This document shows positions 20,089 through 29,565 of a DNA stretch of 64,000 nt, piece after piece. This DNA is from Candidatus Hydrogenedentota bacterium (lineage in GTDB: Bacteria; Hydrogenedentota; Hydrogenedentia; Hydrogenedentales; SLHB01), in contig DAOTMJ010000027.1 of assembly GCA_035450225.1 (NCBI GenBank), positions 2,631-66,630 on the forward strand, in the 5' to 3' direction. The position numbers were made by a program, and so were the translations under genes. Each line of letters opens with the position of its first letter. Within the stretch, counting starts at the first letter, position 1. The notes under the pieces were generated by a model. It was not told the origin of the DNA. It ran no database searches and saw only the letters and a program-made list of their open reading frames with translations.

Positions 20089-20805
20089 TTATCCGGCTCG
20101 GCGAAGCATGACGATTTCCACCCACAATCCCGCCAATTGCCATAGGGTGCGCGCGATGCGCGGGAAATTGAAGAACTGCGATTTGCCGTAGGTGCGCTGG
20201 TAGTGATGGACGGGCACTTCCACGCACCGGAAACCCGCGCGGTGAATCTTGGCCATCATTTCGACGCAGATCACGCCGCTGTCGCGTGTCAATGTGATCT
20301 TGTCGAACACGCTGCGGCGAATCAGCCGGAAATCGCAATCCACGTCGCGATAGGGAAGCGCGAAGGCGATTTTCACGATCCAATGATAGATGCGGCCGAT
20401 GATGCGGCGGTGCATCGGATCGCCGCGCGCGATTTTGTACCCCTGCACGATATCCACGTCCGGCCCGGCATGCGCCAGCAGAAGTTCCAGTTCGCGCACA
20501 TCGTATTGGGCGTCGCCATCCGTGTAGAAAATCCACTCGCGCGTGGCCGCGCCGAAACCGGTTCGCAGCGCGCCGCCGTATCCGCGGTTTTTCGGATGCC
20601 GCACGATGCGCACATTGGGAAATTCGCGCTCGATTTCCGCCAGCGCCGCCAGCGTTTTCTCGCGGCTGCCGTCGTCCACGATGGTGATGTCGCCGTCCAT
20701 GCCCAGCCGCCGGAACGTCTGTTCCGTAAGCAGCACCATGCTGCCGATCGTTCCCCAGTCGTTGTAGCAGGGATAAAACACCGATATGGATGGCTTAGGG
20801 TCCAC
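20089..20805 (-). CDS. Glycosyltransferase family 2 (polyprenyl-phosphate sugar synthase, DPM1/ArnC-like)
   Basis: ITIVDDGSREKT, DGD, and RGYGGALRTGF motifs typical of GT2. Confidence 0.85.
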   Translation of the reverse strand: MDPKPSISVFYPCYNDWGTIGSMVLLTEQTFRRLGMDGDITIVDDGSREKTLAALAEIEREFPNVRIVRHPKNRGYGGALRTGFGAATREWIFYTDGDAQYDVRELELLLAHAGPDVDIVQGYKIARGDPMHRRIIGRIYHWIVKIAFALPYRDVDCDFRLIRRSVFDKITLTRDSGVICVEMMAKIHRAGFRCVEVPVHHYQRTYGKSQFFNFPRIARTLWQLAGLWVEIVMLRRAG

Positions 20806-22468
20806 GCCGGGCGCTCCATGGGCCGTTAGGCGTTTCCGCCGGCGGAAGCAGGCGGAACGTCCGGTCCTCTCTCACGATCAGCCACTTGCGCGGCAACCGC
20901 TCCGCCGGAACGTGTTCGACCACCTCGGCCTGTCTTTGGGCCAACAGGCACAATATCCATGCCAGCGGTTTGTCCGCCGTGCAAACGGCGGCGCATTTTG
21001 GCAAATTCCGCACGGCGGACGCCACTTCGTAATAGCCGCGCATTTCGTCCGCCGTCCAAATCGTTGCCATCGTGCTTGCCAGTCGCGCGCCCGGCGCCGC
21101 CGCCACCGACACGACGAAAATCGCCAGAACGATCCGCCGGAATCGCGTTGCGGGACCGATCGCGCGGTACGCTTGCCATGCCGCCACCCCGCCGAAGAGA
21201 CCGCCGACAGCCTGGCTGAACCACAAGTAGCGGTGGATGTGGCCCGGCGTGAAAAAAAGCCACCAGTAAAGATAAAAAACGGCGATCATGAACAGAACAG
21301 CCGTTGACCGGTTGTAACGGCGCGCTGAAAGGGTCCACGCGGCGAAGGCAAGGCCCGCAAGGGCCGTATACCATGTAAACGGCTCGCGCCACAGCGCCGG
21401 AAGGGTCCGCGCTAGACAGCGCAGGCCGAAGATCAAATTGTGCTGATATTCGCCCAGCATGCCGCCCGCCGCCCCGGCCACATCATGCCGCAGCAGCGTT
21501 TGCGCCGCCCACCACGCCCCAACGACCGCCATGCCGCCGATAGCGGGCATTGTCCATTCCGACAGCCGCGCGCGGCGCCCCGTCATGTATTCGAAACACA
21601 GGACGCCGAAAAACGGAAACACGGCCAGCATGACGATCGTCTTGCACAACACCGCCATGCCGAAGCACACGCCCGCCGCAAGACCCGGTGCGATATTTCC
21701 CGGACGGCTCCAAATAATCAATCCCGCCAACAGCCACGCCAGGGCCGGCGCTTCGCCGTACAGTGTCCGCGCTAGATACGCCGATCCCGGCATGGCCAGC
21801 ATCATGACCACGCCGGCCAGCGCCGTCCCCGCGCCGAAAAATGGGGCCAGTGTTGCGTAGGCGAGCGCGCACAGAAGGCCGAAATACAACGCCATCGCGG
21901 CGCGCGCCCACGCAATCGTTTTCGGTCCGGCCGGATCGCTTCCCGCCAGCGCCATGGCCGCGGCCACCGGCGCAATCACGGGCGCGCCCACCGAATCGTA
22001 GGCGTCGAACCAGCGGAAACCCGTTTCGGGCAAGCCCGATCCGTAAACGTGATACGCCGCCACGTTACGCGCGACGCCCATGTGATGCGCCTCGTCGGGC
22101 GCAATCCACGGATACGCGTCCAGCCGGGGAAACGCCACGATCGCCCCGGCCAGCAGGGCGGCCGGAAGCAGCCGCCAGTCCGTTTTTCGAGTGGAAACGG
22201 AAGAGGCTTCCGCGATCGGTCTGGAAGCCGAATGCCGCGCACGGACCAGCACGCCCCATGCCGCGACCGCCGCCATCCCGCCGAACAGCGCCGTCCGCGC
22301 CCATGCGGCGCCGGGCGCAATCGTTTCCGCGCCTTTCCACGCCAGCAACGCGATGGCCGCCGAGGCTGCGGTGCTGAAAAGGATCAGCATCAATGCCGCC
22401 GCCAGCATCAAACCGATCGCGTCCTGCCGGCTGGCTGCCTTGTGCGCTGTGCGAATCGTATGAATCAT
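20795..22468 (-). CDS. Polytopic membrane glycosyltransferase, GT39/ArnT/PMT-like
   Basis: 557 aa, very hydrophobic multi-pass protein. Start overlaps the downstream GT2 gene by 11 nt; a GT2 plus GT39-like pair is a classic arrangement. Confidence 0.65.
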   Translation of the reverse strand: MIHTIRTAHKAASRQDAIGLMLAAALMLILFSTAASAAIALLAWKGAETIAPGAAWARTALFGGMAAVAAWGVLVRARHSASRPIAEASSVSTRKTDWRLLPAALLAGAIVAFPRLDAYPWIAPDEAHHMGVARNVAAYHVYGSGLPETGFRWFDAYDSVGAPVIAPVAAAMALAGSDPAGPKTIAWARAAMALYFGLLCALAYATLAPFFGAGTALAGVVMMLAMPGSAYLARTLYGEAPALAWLLAGLIIWSRPGNIAPGLAAGVCFGMAVLCKTIVMLAVFPFFGVLCFEYMTGRRARLSEWTMPAIGGMAVVGAWWAAQTLLRHDVAGAAGGMLGEYQHNLIFGLRCLARTLPALWREPFTWYTALAGLAFAAWTLSARRYNRSTAVLFMIAVFYLYWWLFFTPGHIHRYLWFSQAVGGLFGGVAAWQAYRAIGPATRFRRIVLAIFVVSVAAAPGARLASTMATIWTADEMRGYYEVASAVRNLPKCAAVCTADKPLAWILCLLAQRQAEVVEHVPAERLPRKWLIVREDRTFRLLPPAETPNGPWSARRGP

Positions 22469-22561
22469 TCACCCGCCTCGCTGCCAAAATCGGGATGTGT
22501 GCGCCATTGTACACGCCTCTCAATGGCTATACCCAAATTCCCGCATGCAGGGATCGAGGCA

Positions 22562-22600
22562 GGGATGCCGCGTCCACGGTAGAAGCGGCATCTTGCCGCT
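22562..22600. repeat. Family B-related element (GGGATGCCGCGTCCACGG ... GCGGCATCTTGCCGC)
   Basis: Contains the GATGCCGCGTCYACG core plus an inverted copy of the GCGGCAAGATGCCGC hairpin. Intergenic, upstream of the GT39-like gene. Confidence 0.55.
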
Positions 22601-22666
22601 TATCCGCCGCCCCGTTCGATCAAGCGCGCCATGCCCAAACGTGCAGACAGTCGTTTCCCTGTCTGC

Positions 22667-23272
22667 TTATAAAAAGAGGCATCGGGCGGCGTTCATTTCC
22701 TCGAACAGGCTGACGCCGAGTTCGCGCAGCAACCGGTCGAGGCGAACGACGGGCAATCCCAGCACGTTCTGGTAACAACCGTCGTAGCGGGCGACGAGGA
22801 GGGATCCCGGCCCGTCCACGGTATAGGCGCCGGCCCGGTCAATCGGATTGACGGCGTCCACGAACGCCTCGATTTCGGACGGGGCGAGATCGCGGAACGT
22901 GACGCCGGTTGATTCGTACCCTTCGGCGGTGCGGCCCGTGGAGGTGTCCACCATCGAAAGGCCGGTCAGCACGTGATGTGTTTTTCCCGAAAGCCGGGCG
23001 ATCATCGCGCAGGCTTCGGTCCGGTCCGCCGGTTTGCCGAGGACGTGTTTGCCCAGGAACACCAGGGTATCCGCCGCGATGACGATCGGTCCCGGCGCGA
23101 TCTTTTTTGCGGTGTCGTCGCGTTTCGCGCGTGCGTTGGTTATCACCATTTCTACGGGCGTTCCCTCGAAGGTTTCTTCGGCGCCGCTGACGACGACCTC
23201 GAAATCGAGGCCGAGCGCGGCCAGCAGGGCGCGGCGGCGGGGCGACGCGGAAGCCAGCACCAATCGGGTCAC
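22667..23272 (-). CDS. maf: Maf-like nucleoside triphosphate pyrophosphatase
   Basis: LVLASASPRRRALL N-terminus, 201 aa. Confidence 0.85.
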   Translation of the reverse strand: MTRLVLASASPRRRALLAALGLDFEVVVSGAEETFEGTPVEMVITNARAKRDDTAKKIAPGPIVIAADTLVFLGKHVLGKPADRTEACAMIARLSGKTHHVLTGLSMVDTSTGRTAEGYESTGVTFRDLAPSEIEAFVDAVNPIDRAGAYTVDGPGSLLVARYDGCYQNVLGLPVVRLDRLLRELGVSLFEEMNAARCLFL

Positions 23273-24030
23273 GGCTTGGGCGCCTCGTTCGAGGAAGGCT
23301 GATCGAGCGATTCCACGGCGACGGCGGCGTTCGCGGGAACGGTTTTGCCTTCGGGGCCGACGGTTTCGACGAGCGCGTCGTTTTCGATGATTTTCGTGCC
23401 CGGCGGTAGCGCGATATGCGTTTTGGCCAGATCGAGTTTTCCGTTGACGGCGATGTCCGACACGGCAATGTGGACCTTCGACTCGTCGTCGTTGACGATG
23501 TGGATGCGATAGGGCAGGAAATCCTTGTCGCGCAGAAACAGGCGCACTTCGCGAAAACGCCCGAACTCTTCTTCCTTGCCCTTGGGTCTGATGAGAATGC
23601 CCTTGGATCCGTTCGGCTTGTCATCCGAATCGAACACGCTCACCTCGTAATGCTCGCGAAGCGATTCGGTGTTTTGATCGAATCCGAGAAAGAAGACTTC
23701 CGTTTGCGGGCTATCCTGCAAATCGTATATCTGTAGTTGACGGATGTCGGCTTCGAATTCATAAGCCTTTCCGTCCTGAATGAGGTACGCGGGGCCTTCC
23801 TTGGGCTGGTCGTAGCGAAAGACGATTCGTCTGGGTTTGACGTAGACGATGCTTCCACCGGCCTCAATGGTTTCTTCCGGGGAAACGGTTTCCTGCGTGA
23901 AGCGCGCCTCGAGCGCCTGAATGCCGTCGCGCTTTTTCGCAAATTCTTTGAAAAACGCGTCGAAGGACGGGGGAGCCTCCGGCGCGGCCATCCAGGCCAG
24001 CGCCATGCCAGCCGCCAGCAGCAAGGTCAT
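23269..24030 (-). CDS. LolA-like outer-membrane lipoprotein carrier family protein (secreted)
   Basis: Signal peptide and LolA-like pattern (FTQ...SDG.Y). 4-nt overlap with maf. Confidence 0.5.
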   Translation of the reverse strand: MTLLLAAGMALAWMAAPEAPPSFDAFFKEFAKKRDGIQALEARFTQETVSPEETIEAGGSIVYVKPRRIVFRYDQPKEGPAYLIQDGKAYEFEADIRQLQIYDLQDSPQTEVFFLGFDQNTESLREHYEVSVFDSDDKPNGSKGILIRPKGKEEEFGRFREVRLFLRDKDFLPYRIHIVNDDESKVHIAVSDIAVNGKLDLAKTHIALPPGTKIIENDALVETVGPEGKTVPANAAVAVESLDQPSSNEAPKP

Positions 24031-24530
24031 TCGGACGTCTCCTGGGTTTGCCGATCGATCAATGCGCGGTGGGTTTCGATCACCGAAAGCAGGTCGTCCC
24101 GCAGGCGGTTCCGTTGATCCTTCAACCGCCGTATTTCGTCCTGTAGTTCTTCCGGCAGTTTCCCCGCGCGCGCCAAGAGTCGTTCGTGTTCGGCATGTCC
24201 CGCCTCGCGGAGGCTGTCGGCTTCCCGGCGCGCCGCGTCAATCAAATCCTCGCCGAGCCGCTGGGAGGTGATGAGGGCGTTGCGCAGCGTCGTTTCCATT
24301 TGGCGGTACTCTTCCATCTGCGCCTTGAGCGATTCCTGTTCTTCCTTCAATTCGCGGATTTTGTTGATCAGCGATTCAATGATGTCGGCCAGGCGGTGTA
24401 GATACTCGTCCACGTCCAGCGTTTGGTAGCCGCCGAACAGCGCATGGCGGAATTGTTTGCTGTACACGTCGCTGGGGTTGATGGCTATCTCGCTTCCCAG
24501 CATCTGCGATACGACTTTGTGATCGCGCAT
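24027..24530 (-). CDS. DivIVA domain-containing protein
   Basis: N-terminal DivIVA signature (FRHALFGGYQTLDVDEYL) followed by coiled coil. Confidence 0.75.
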   Translation of the reverse strand: MRDHKVVSQMLGSEIAINPSDVYSKQFRHALFGGYQTLDVDEYLHRLADIIESLINKIRELKEEQESLKAQMEEYRQMETTLRNALITSQRLGEDLIDAARREADSLREAGHAEHERLLARAGKLPEELQDEIRRLKDQRNRLRDDLLSVIETHRALIDRQTQETSE

Positions 24531-24547
24531 TGAGCGTTACCCCCTGG

Positions 24548-25915
24548 CTATCGGCCCAGTTCCCTGGAACGCGCCGCGGCCGCGGCGACGCCTTCGGCAA
24601 TCACGCGATCGAAGCCGTTTTTCCGGAAGGATTCGAGCGCGGCGGCGGTCGTGCCGCCCTTGGAGGTGACCCGTTCGCGCAACACGGACGCCGGTTCGCC
24701 GGACTGATCCAGCAGGCGTCCGGCGCCGAGGAGCGTCTGCGCCGCCAGCCGCGTGGCCTGTTCGCGATCCATGCCTTGTGCGACGGCCGCGTCCACCAGA
24801 CATTCGGTCATGTAAAAAAAGTAGGCCGGGCCGCTTCCGCTCAGGGCGGTGACGGCGTCAATCATCGCCTCGGGCACTTGCTCGGCCACGCCGATGGCCT
24901 CGAAGATGCAACGGGCCGCTTCGGCATCGGTTTCGGTGCAGTTTTCGCTTGTCGCAAAGCCGGCCGCGCCCGTGTTGACCATGGCGGGCGTGTTCGGCAT
25001 GACGCGAATCACGCGGATATCCGGGCCGAGCAAGGATTGGATGCGTGCGATTGAAATGCCGGCGGCGATGGAAACCACGCGCGTTTGCGGAGTGATCGCC
25101 GTCGCGAGGGGCGCCAGCGCCTCGGCCATTGCCTGCGGCTTTACCGCAAGGACGATCGTGTCGCAACCGGCGGCCAGCTCTTCGGGGGAGGAGGCCACGT
25201 CCATGCCGAGCGCGGCGGCTTCGACGCGTTTGTCCTCGGCGACATCGTAGACTCGGATCCGGCCGGGCGCAATCATCCGCGCCGCCAGCAAGCCCTTCGC
25301 GATGGCCGCGCCCATGTTTCCAAAGCCGAGCAATCCGATCACGCCGCACGCATCGGCCCTTGGATTGGCCACGAACCTCTCGGACGGATGAATCGGACGG
25401 ACCATCGCGATTTCATCGCAGTCGGGAAACAGCGAGCAGCGGACACAATCGTTGAACACCTTGTGCGGCAATTCGTGCTTGTCCACCTCCGCGAATCCGT
25501 TCTTGCCGAAAAACGCCGGGCTGCGCGTCAGGCAATAGACGCGGGCGATATGGAGGGCGCGCGCTTCCTCGAGGCAGGCGCCCAGCAGCGCCTTTCCGAT
25601 GCCCTGCCCGCGCAGGTTCGGGCGGACCACGAGCGATCGCACTTCGGCCAGATCCACGGTGTCAATGTGCAGCGCGCAGCAGCCGCCCACACCTTCCTCG
25701 TCCGCGTAGGTATAAAAATCGCGGACGTTTTCATAGAGTTCCATCAGGGGCCTGCGCAGCACCGCGCCGCCCTCGGCCGCATTGTCGAGCAATTGCTTGA
25801 TCGCCGGTATTTCCGTCAACTTCGGTTTGCGAACCGTATGCATGCGGCTTGTGTCAGTCCTTCCATGGCCTCTGCCCAAGAGGCCTCTCGTCACGGTTAT
25901 CGCCTCGTTGTCCAA
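24548..25915 (-). CDS. proC: Fusion protein: GNAT N-acetyltransferase (short N-acetylglutamate-synthase-like) + pyrroline-5-carboxylate reductase
   Basis: The N-terminal ~170 aa are a GNAT domain (VRPNLRGQGIGKALL acetyl-CoA motif). The C-terminal ~270 aa are ProC (IGLLGFGNMGAAIAKGLL Rossmann; TSKGGTT). Confidence 0.8.
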   Translation of the reverse strand: MDNEAITVTRGLLGRGHGRTDTSRMHTVRKPKLTEIPAIKQLLDNAAEGGAVLRRPLMELYENVRDFYTYADEEGVGGCCALHIDTVDLAEVRSLVVRPNLRGQGIGKALLGACLEEARALHIARVYCLTRSPAFFGKNGFAEVDKHELPHKVFNDCVRCSLFPDCDEIAMVRPIHPSERFVANPRADACGVIGLLGFGNMGAAIAKGLLAARMIAPGRIRVYDVAEDKRVEAAALGMDVASSPEELAAGCDTIVLAVKPQAMAEALAPLATAITPQTRVVSIAAGISIARIQSLLGPDIRVIRVMPNTPAMVNTGAAGFATSENCTETDAEAARCIFEAIGVAEQVPEAMIDAVTALSGSGPAYFFYMTECLVDAAVAQGMDREQATRLAAQTLLGAGRLLDQSGEPASVLRERVTSKGGTTAAALESFRKNGFDRVIAEGVAAAAARSRELGR

Positions 25916-25991
25916 ACGGTCCCTCGGATTTCCGAACCGCTTGGCCAGGAATCATAACACAGAACGGATCCAATCCACGACGGGATGCAGG

Positions 25992-27038
25992 CTAGAAATC
26001 TACCGCGTCGAGACCGGGAATGCAGGATTCGAGCGGGATGGTTTCGATGTGCGTCGCGCCGAGCATAGCCAATTCGAATCGGGCCCGCGCCAGCGGCAGC
26101 GTCGTGCCCTGCGTGTCCATCTGGACGCTGAATTCGGTAAAGTTCGCGCCCTCGTTCATGGTCGGCTCGTCGCCGAACAGCCGGTTGTCGCGCAAATAAT
26201 CGAGCAGGCGCGGCACATTTTCCTTCCGGGCGTTGAAAAAGACCAGCACCTTGTTTTCGGCAAAGATCGAACCATACAGGTTGAGCAGGAACATTCGGGC
26301 GAGGTTGTATTTGGCCGGGTTTTCCTTGATATGCGGATTCGCCCAGATGCCGGTCTCCGACACCATGATCTCATCCATGATGCGCAGCCCGTAATTTTGG
26401 ATGGCGCTGCCGGTCTGGGTGATTTCGAGGCCGAAGTCCACCGATCCATTCCTGACTTTGGCCTCGGTCTTGCCCCATGTCTCGTAGACGACGATGCCCG
26501 AGGCGATGCGCGGCGGGGTCTTGAATTTCTGTACGGAAAACGCCGCGTGCGTCTCGCCGAATCCCAACGCCGCGCTTTTCGACTGGAACCATTCGAGCGC
26601 GACATAGGGCATTTCCGAAACCATCGTGACGAGGCGGTTGCGTTCGAGCAGGCCGCGCAGCCATGCGTCGCACGGCGCCGCTTCTTCCGTCCGCGCGATG
26701 ATGACGATGCGGACGCCGCCGCGTTCGAGCGAAAGGATTTTGCGCGGGAGGATTTCCCGGTTGAACTCGTATTTGAATTCAAGCACGCGTTCGCGCATCC
26801 AGTCGTCGCCGCCGATGGCAATGTCTATTTCGCCCAGACCCAGTTGGGCGCCGAATTCCTGGGGGCGGCCATCCCAGCCGACCAGGTACGGCATGATGGG
26901 AAAGGTGCTGGGGCCGCCTTTCTCGTATCCGCGCGTCGGAAATCCCGCGCTCTTGAGCAGGTTGACGAGGTTGCCGCCGCGCGACGGATCGGCCAGCGAT
27001 CCCGCGGGAAGTCCGATTATCAGAGTTTCGCCGTTCAT
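25992..27038 (-). CDS. hisG: ATP phosphoribosyltransferase
   Basis: LIIGLPAGSL N-terminus, IDIAIGGDDW, and LEITQTGSAIQNYGL (HisG TGxTL signature region). Start taken at MNGETLII. Confidence 0.65.
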   Translation of the reverse strand: MNGETLIIGLPAGSLADPSRGGNLVNLLKSAGFPTRGYEKGGPSTFPIMPYLVGWDGRPQEFGAQLGLGEIDIAIGGDDWMRERVLEFKYEFNREILPRKILSLERGGVRIVIIARTEEAAPCDAWLRGLLERNRLVTMVSEMPYVALEWFQSKSAALGFGETHAAFSVQKFKTPPRIASGIVVYETWGKTEAKVRNGSVDFGLEITQTGSAIQNYGLRIMDEIMVSETGIWANPHIKENPAKYNLARMFLLNLYGSIFAENKVLVFFNARKENVPRLLDYLRDNRLFGDEPTMNEGANFTEFSVQMDTQGTTLPLARARFELAMLGATHIETIPLESCIPGLDAVDF

Positions 27039-27145
27039 GTTACCACCCTTGTTCATGCATACCAGCCAGCCGGGGTATTATACGATTCGGGCCGTCCGTA
27101 TTGAAACGGCGATCCCGGGCCCGCGCCAATGGGTTCGCAAGCCCA

Positions 27146-29437
27146 TCAGCGAGGCAGCAGCCATACTTCCGAGAGAAACGATCGATGCCGCCAGTTGAGG
27201 TGCGCTTCATCGGGCGCATCCCATGTCAGGGTAATCTTGCCCGTCGCCACGGCGGCCCTTGGAACGGGGAACTCCTTGATCCCGCCAAGTTCCTTGTCGT
27301 AACGCGCGGGTTGGACCCGCGCGCCGTTGATTTTCAGCAGCGATTCGCCGCGGCCGGTGGTCCGGACCACGTACTCGCGCTGGGTGTCAATGCCCTCATA
27401 CACGACGCCGATCGGCCAGTCGAGCGAACTGAGCCACGACAGCCGCCAGCGGTTCGGCCCCAGCCATGTGCCGTACCCCGGCAGCGGCGCGCGGAGATCC
27501 TCGACATCGAGCAGCGTCGGTTCGCCCCGCAACACGTGGGGATTGCGCGCCGTGTCGCCGACAACGTCGTATCGGCTGCCGGGCACGGGGTTTTCCCATG
27601 TGCGGATTCGGTCGAGTTCGGCGCATTTCGCCGCCTCGTCCGGCAGGGCGCGGATCCGCGCAAACTGGTCTTCCAACCACCAGCGGTTGTTCAGGGGCCG
27701 GTCGAGGAAATCGAGCACCGCGCCGCGCTCGAAATTTCTTGCGTGGTATTTTTCGACGCTCATCTGCATGCCGATTTGACGGAACAAGTCCTCGCCGTCG
27801 GTTTCGAGGCGCGCGCGCAGCCCGGCGCAGGCCGGATCGGTTCCGGCGCGCCGCAACACGTCCTCCGCCGCGTCCATCGCGGCATCCGCGCCAATGTCCA
27901 CCGCCCGGGCCAGCGCGGTGTGGGCGTCCTGTTCCAGCGCGGTCTCGTGCAGCAGCCGTCCGCGAACATAGGCGTCGTACGCCGCGCGAAAGGCCAGCAA
28001 CCGCCAACGCCAGTTGTCCCGGAGTTCGGGGGCGCGCGCCTCGATGGCCTGCCAGCGCGCCCACACGGCGTCAATCGCGCCGTTCAGCGCGGCGGATCCC
28101 TCCCAGTTCGTTTCCAGGGCGAGGATGGCGTCGGCGGCGTCGGCGGCAACGCCCGGTCCAAAAAAGAAACGCGCATATTCGATGAGCATATCGCGGACGC
28201 CGCGATCCGGATCCCATGCGAGCAGGGTCCAGACGATCTTGTTCACGTCATCATGCACGCCGTCCGAGTACGAAAGGAATCCGTCCGTGTACGGCGCAAA
28301 GCGGTTGTGGACGCGCGCATAGAAGCGCGGGCGCGGATTGACGCATTCCCGCCCTTCGGTCAGCGCGAACGCGGGATCCCACCATGGGACGGGAAACTGG
28401 CACAGGATCGTGTGCGTGATGTCGGGATAGGCGCGCAAGCGATAGGTCTTCGCGAGCCGTTGCCGCGTTTCCGCGAGCGGCGGGCTTTGCGGTCCGTGGA
28501 CCACGCCCGCCAGCCATTCCGGCGCCTTTTCGTTCATGTACGCGAAAAACCAGTCCACCTCGTCTCTTTCGAAGCCTTGGAGCGAAATCCACATCGTGGC
28601 CTTCGGATGATGCGCCCGCAACCGTTGCGCGGCCTGTTCGAGAAACGGCATGACGTGTTGCGGGGCGTTGTCCCCCGGATCGCCGCCTGGAAAGAACACC
28701 GCGTCGAGCCGCGGGCAGGTCCGGTAGAAGGCTTCCCACATGTCCAAGGCTTCGGCGCACACCGCCGGATCGGCCAGATCGGCCTCCACCGGCGTCCAAA
28801 TCCAATAGTCCAACCCGTACCGTTCGCATATCTCGCTCATGGCGATGTTCATGCGTTCGCGCGTCACGGGCATGACGGGACTGGACTCGTCCTGGAATGG
28901 AATGTTTTCGACGGCGTTCGCGCCGAACAGGGCGAGTTCGCGAATGTAGCGATCGTACCGCGCCTCGTCCCACGCGTCGTAACTGTTCGCCGTGTGGCGG
29001 TAGCCCAACTGGTGACCGCGGATGGCATAGGCCGGCCGGGTCTCGATAGCGAGATCGACCGGCAGCGTCACGCGCCCCGGCGCCCAATCCATTTTGCGCA
29101 GGAAATCCCCCACGCCGTACAACGCGCCCCGCCGATCCGCGCCCTCGATGCGCACCAGTCCACGGTCCGCGTCCACGGACAGGCGGTAGGCCTCCGGCGG
29201 CAGATCCTTCGCGGCGAAACCGATTTCGACGGACGGTCCCGACGGCGGGCGCGCGTCCGTTGTGGTCCATTCGAGGCCCGTTCGCGCCTTCACTTCCTCG
29301 ATCAACACGCGCGCCGCGATCCGATCCGCCGTCGAAACGCCGGAATCGCCCGCGACGACCACCGCCTTCGTCAGATCAATCCCGCCGTGCATCGCCATGA
29401 AACATATTACTCCCGACAGACATAGAGAACCGGTCAT
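27146..29437 (-). CDS. Secreted 763-aa putative glycoside hydrolase (GH20/GH89-like fold?)
   Basis: Signal peptide. RGALYGVGDFL resembles the GH20b-domain 'GafYG' block, followed by a TIM-barrel-like region. Family assignment uncertain. The opposite-strand 774-aa ORF is an Arg/Ala-rich GC artefact. Confidence 0.45.
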   Translation of the reverse strand: MTGSLCLSGVICFMAMHGGIDLTKAVVVAGDSGVSTADRIAARVLIEEVKARTGLEWTTTDARPPSGPSVEIGFAAKDLPPEAYRLSVDADRGLVRIEGADRRGALYGVGDFLRKMDWAPGRVTLPVDLAIETRPAYAIRGHQLGYRHTANSYDAWDEARYDRYIRELALFGANAVENIPFQDESSPVMPVTRERMNIAMSEICERYGLDYWIWTPVEADLADPAVCAEALDMWEAFYRTCPRLDAVFFPGGDPGDNAPQHVMPFLEQAAQRLRAHHPKATMWISLQGFERDEVDWFFAYMNEKAPEWLAGVVHGPQSPPLAETRQRLAKTYRLRAYPDITHTILCQFPVPWWDPAFALTEGRECVNPRPRFYARVHNRFAPYTDGFLSYSDGVHDDVNKIVWTLLAWDPDRGVRDMLIEYARFFFGPGVAADAADAILALETNWEGSAALNGAIDAVWARWQAIEARAPELRDNWRWRLLAFRAAYDAYVRGRLLHETALEQDAHTALARAVDIGADAAMDAAEDVLRRAGTDPACAGLRARLETDGEDLFRQIGMQMSVEKYHARNFERGAVLDFLDRPLNNRWWLEDQFARIRALPDEAAKCAELDRIRTWENPVPGSRYDVVGDTARNPHVLRGEPTLLDVEDLRAPLPGYGTWLGPNRWRLSWLSSLDWPIGVVYEGIDTQREYVVRTTGRGESLLKINGARVQPARYDKELGGIKEFPVPRAAVATGKITLTWDAPDEAHLNWRHRSFLSEVWLLPR

Positions 29438-29565
29438 GATCGCCTTCCTTGAGCATGTTCTTTGCGCGTATTGTACACGAATTCAACGCAAAGGCGCGGA
29501 AGACGTAAAGAATCGCGAACAACCTCGTTGTTCCTTGAAAACAAGCGTCGTCCGTGCCGTCCGAA

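Noticed and set aside
27101-29425. 774-aa plus-strand ORF opposite the secreted glycosidase-like gene
   Set aside because: Extremely Arg/Pro/Ala-rich with no motifs. The minus-strand frame has a signal peptide and balanced composition.
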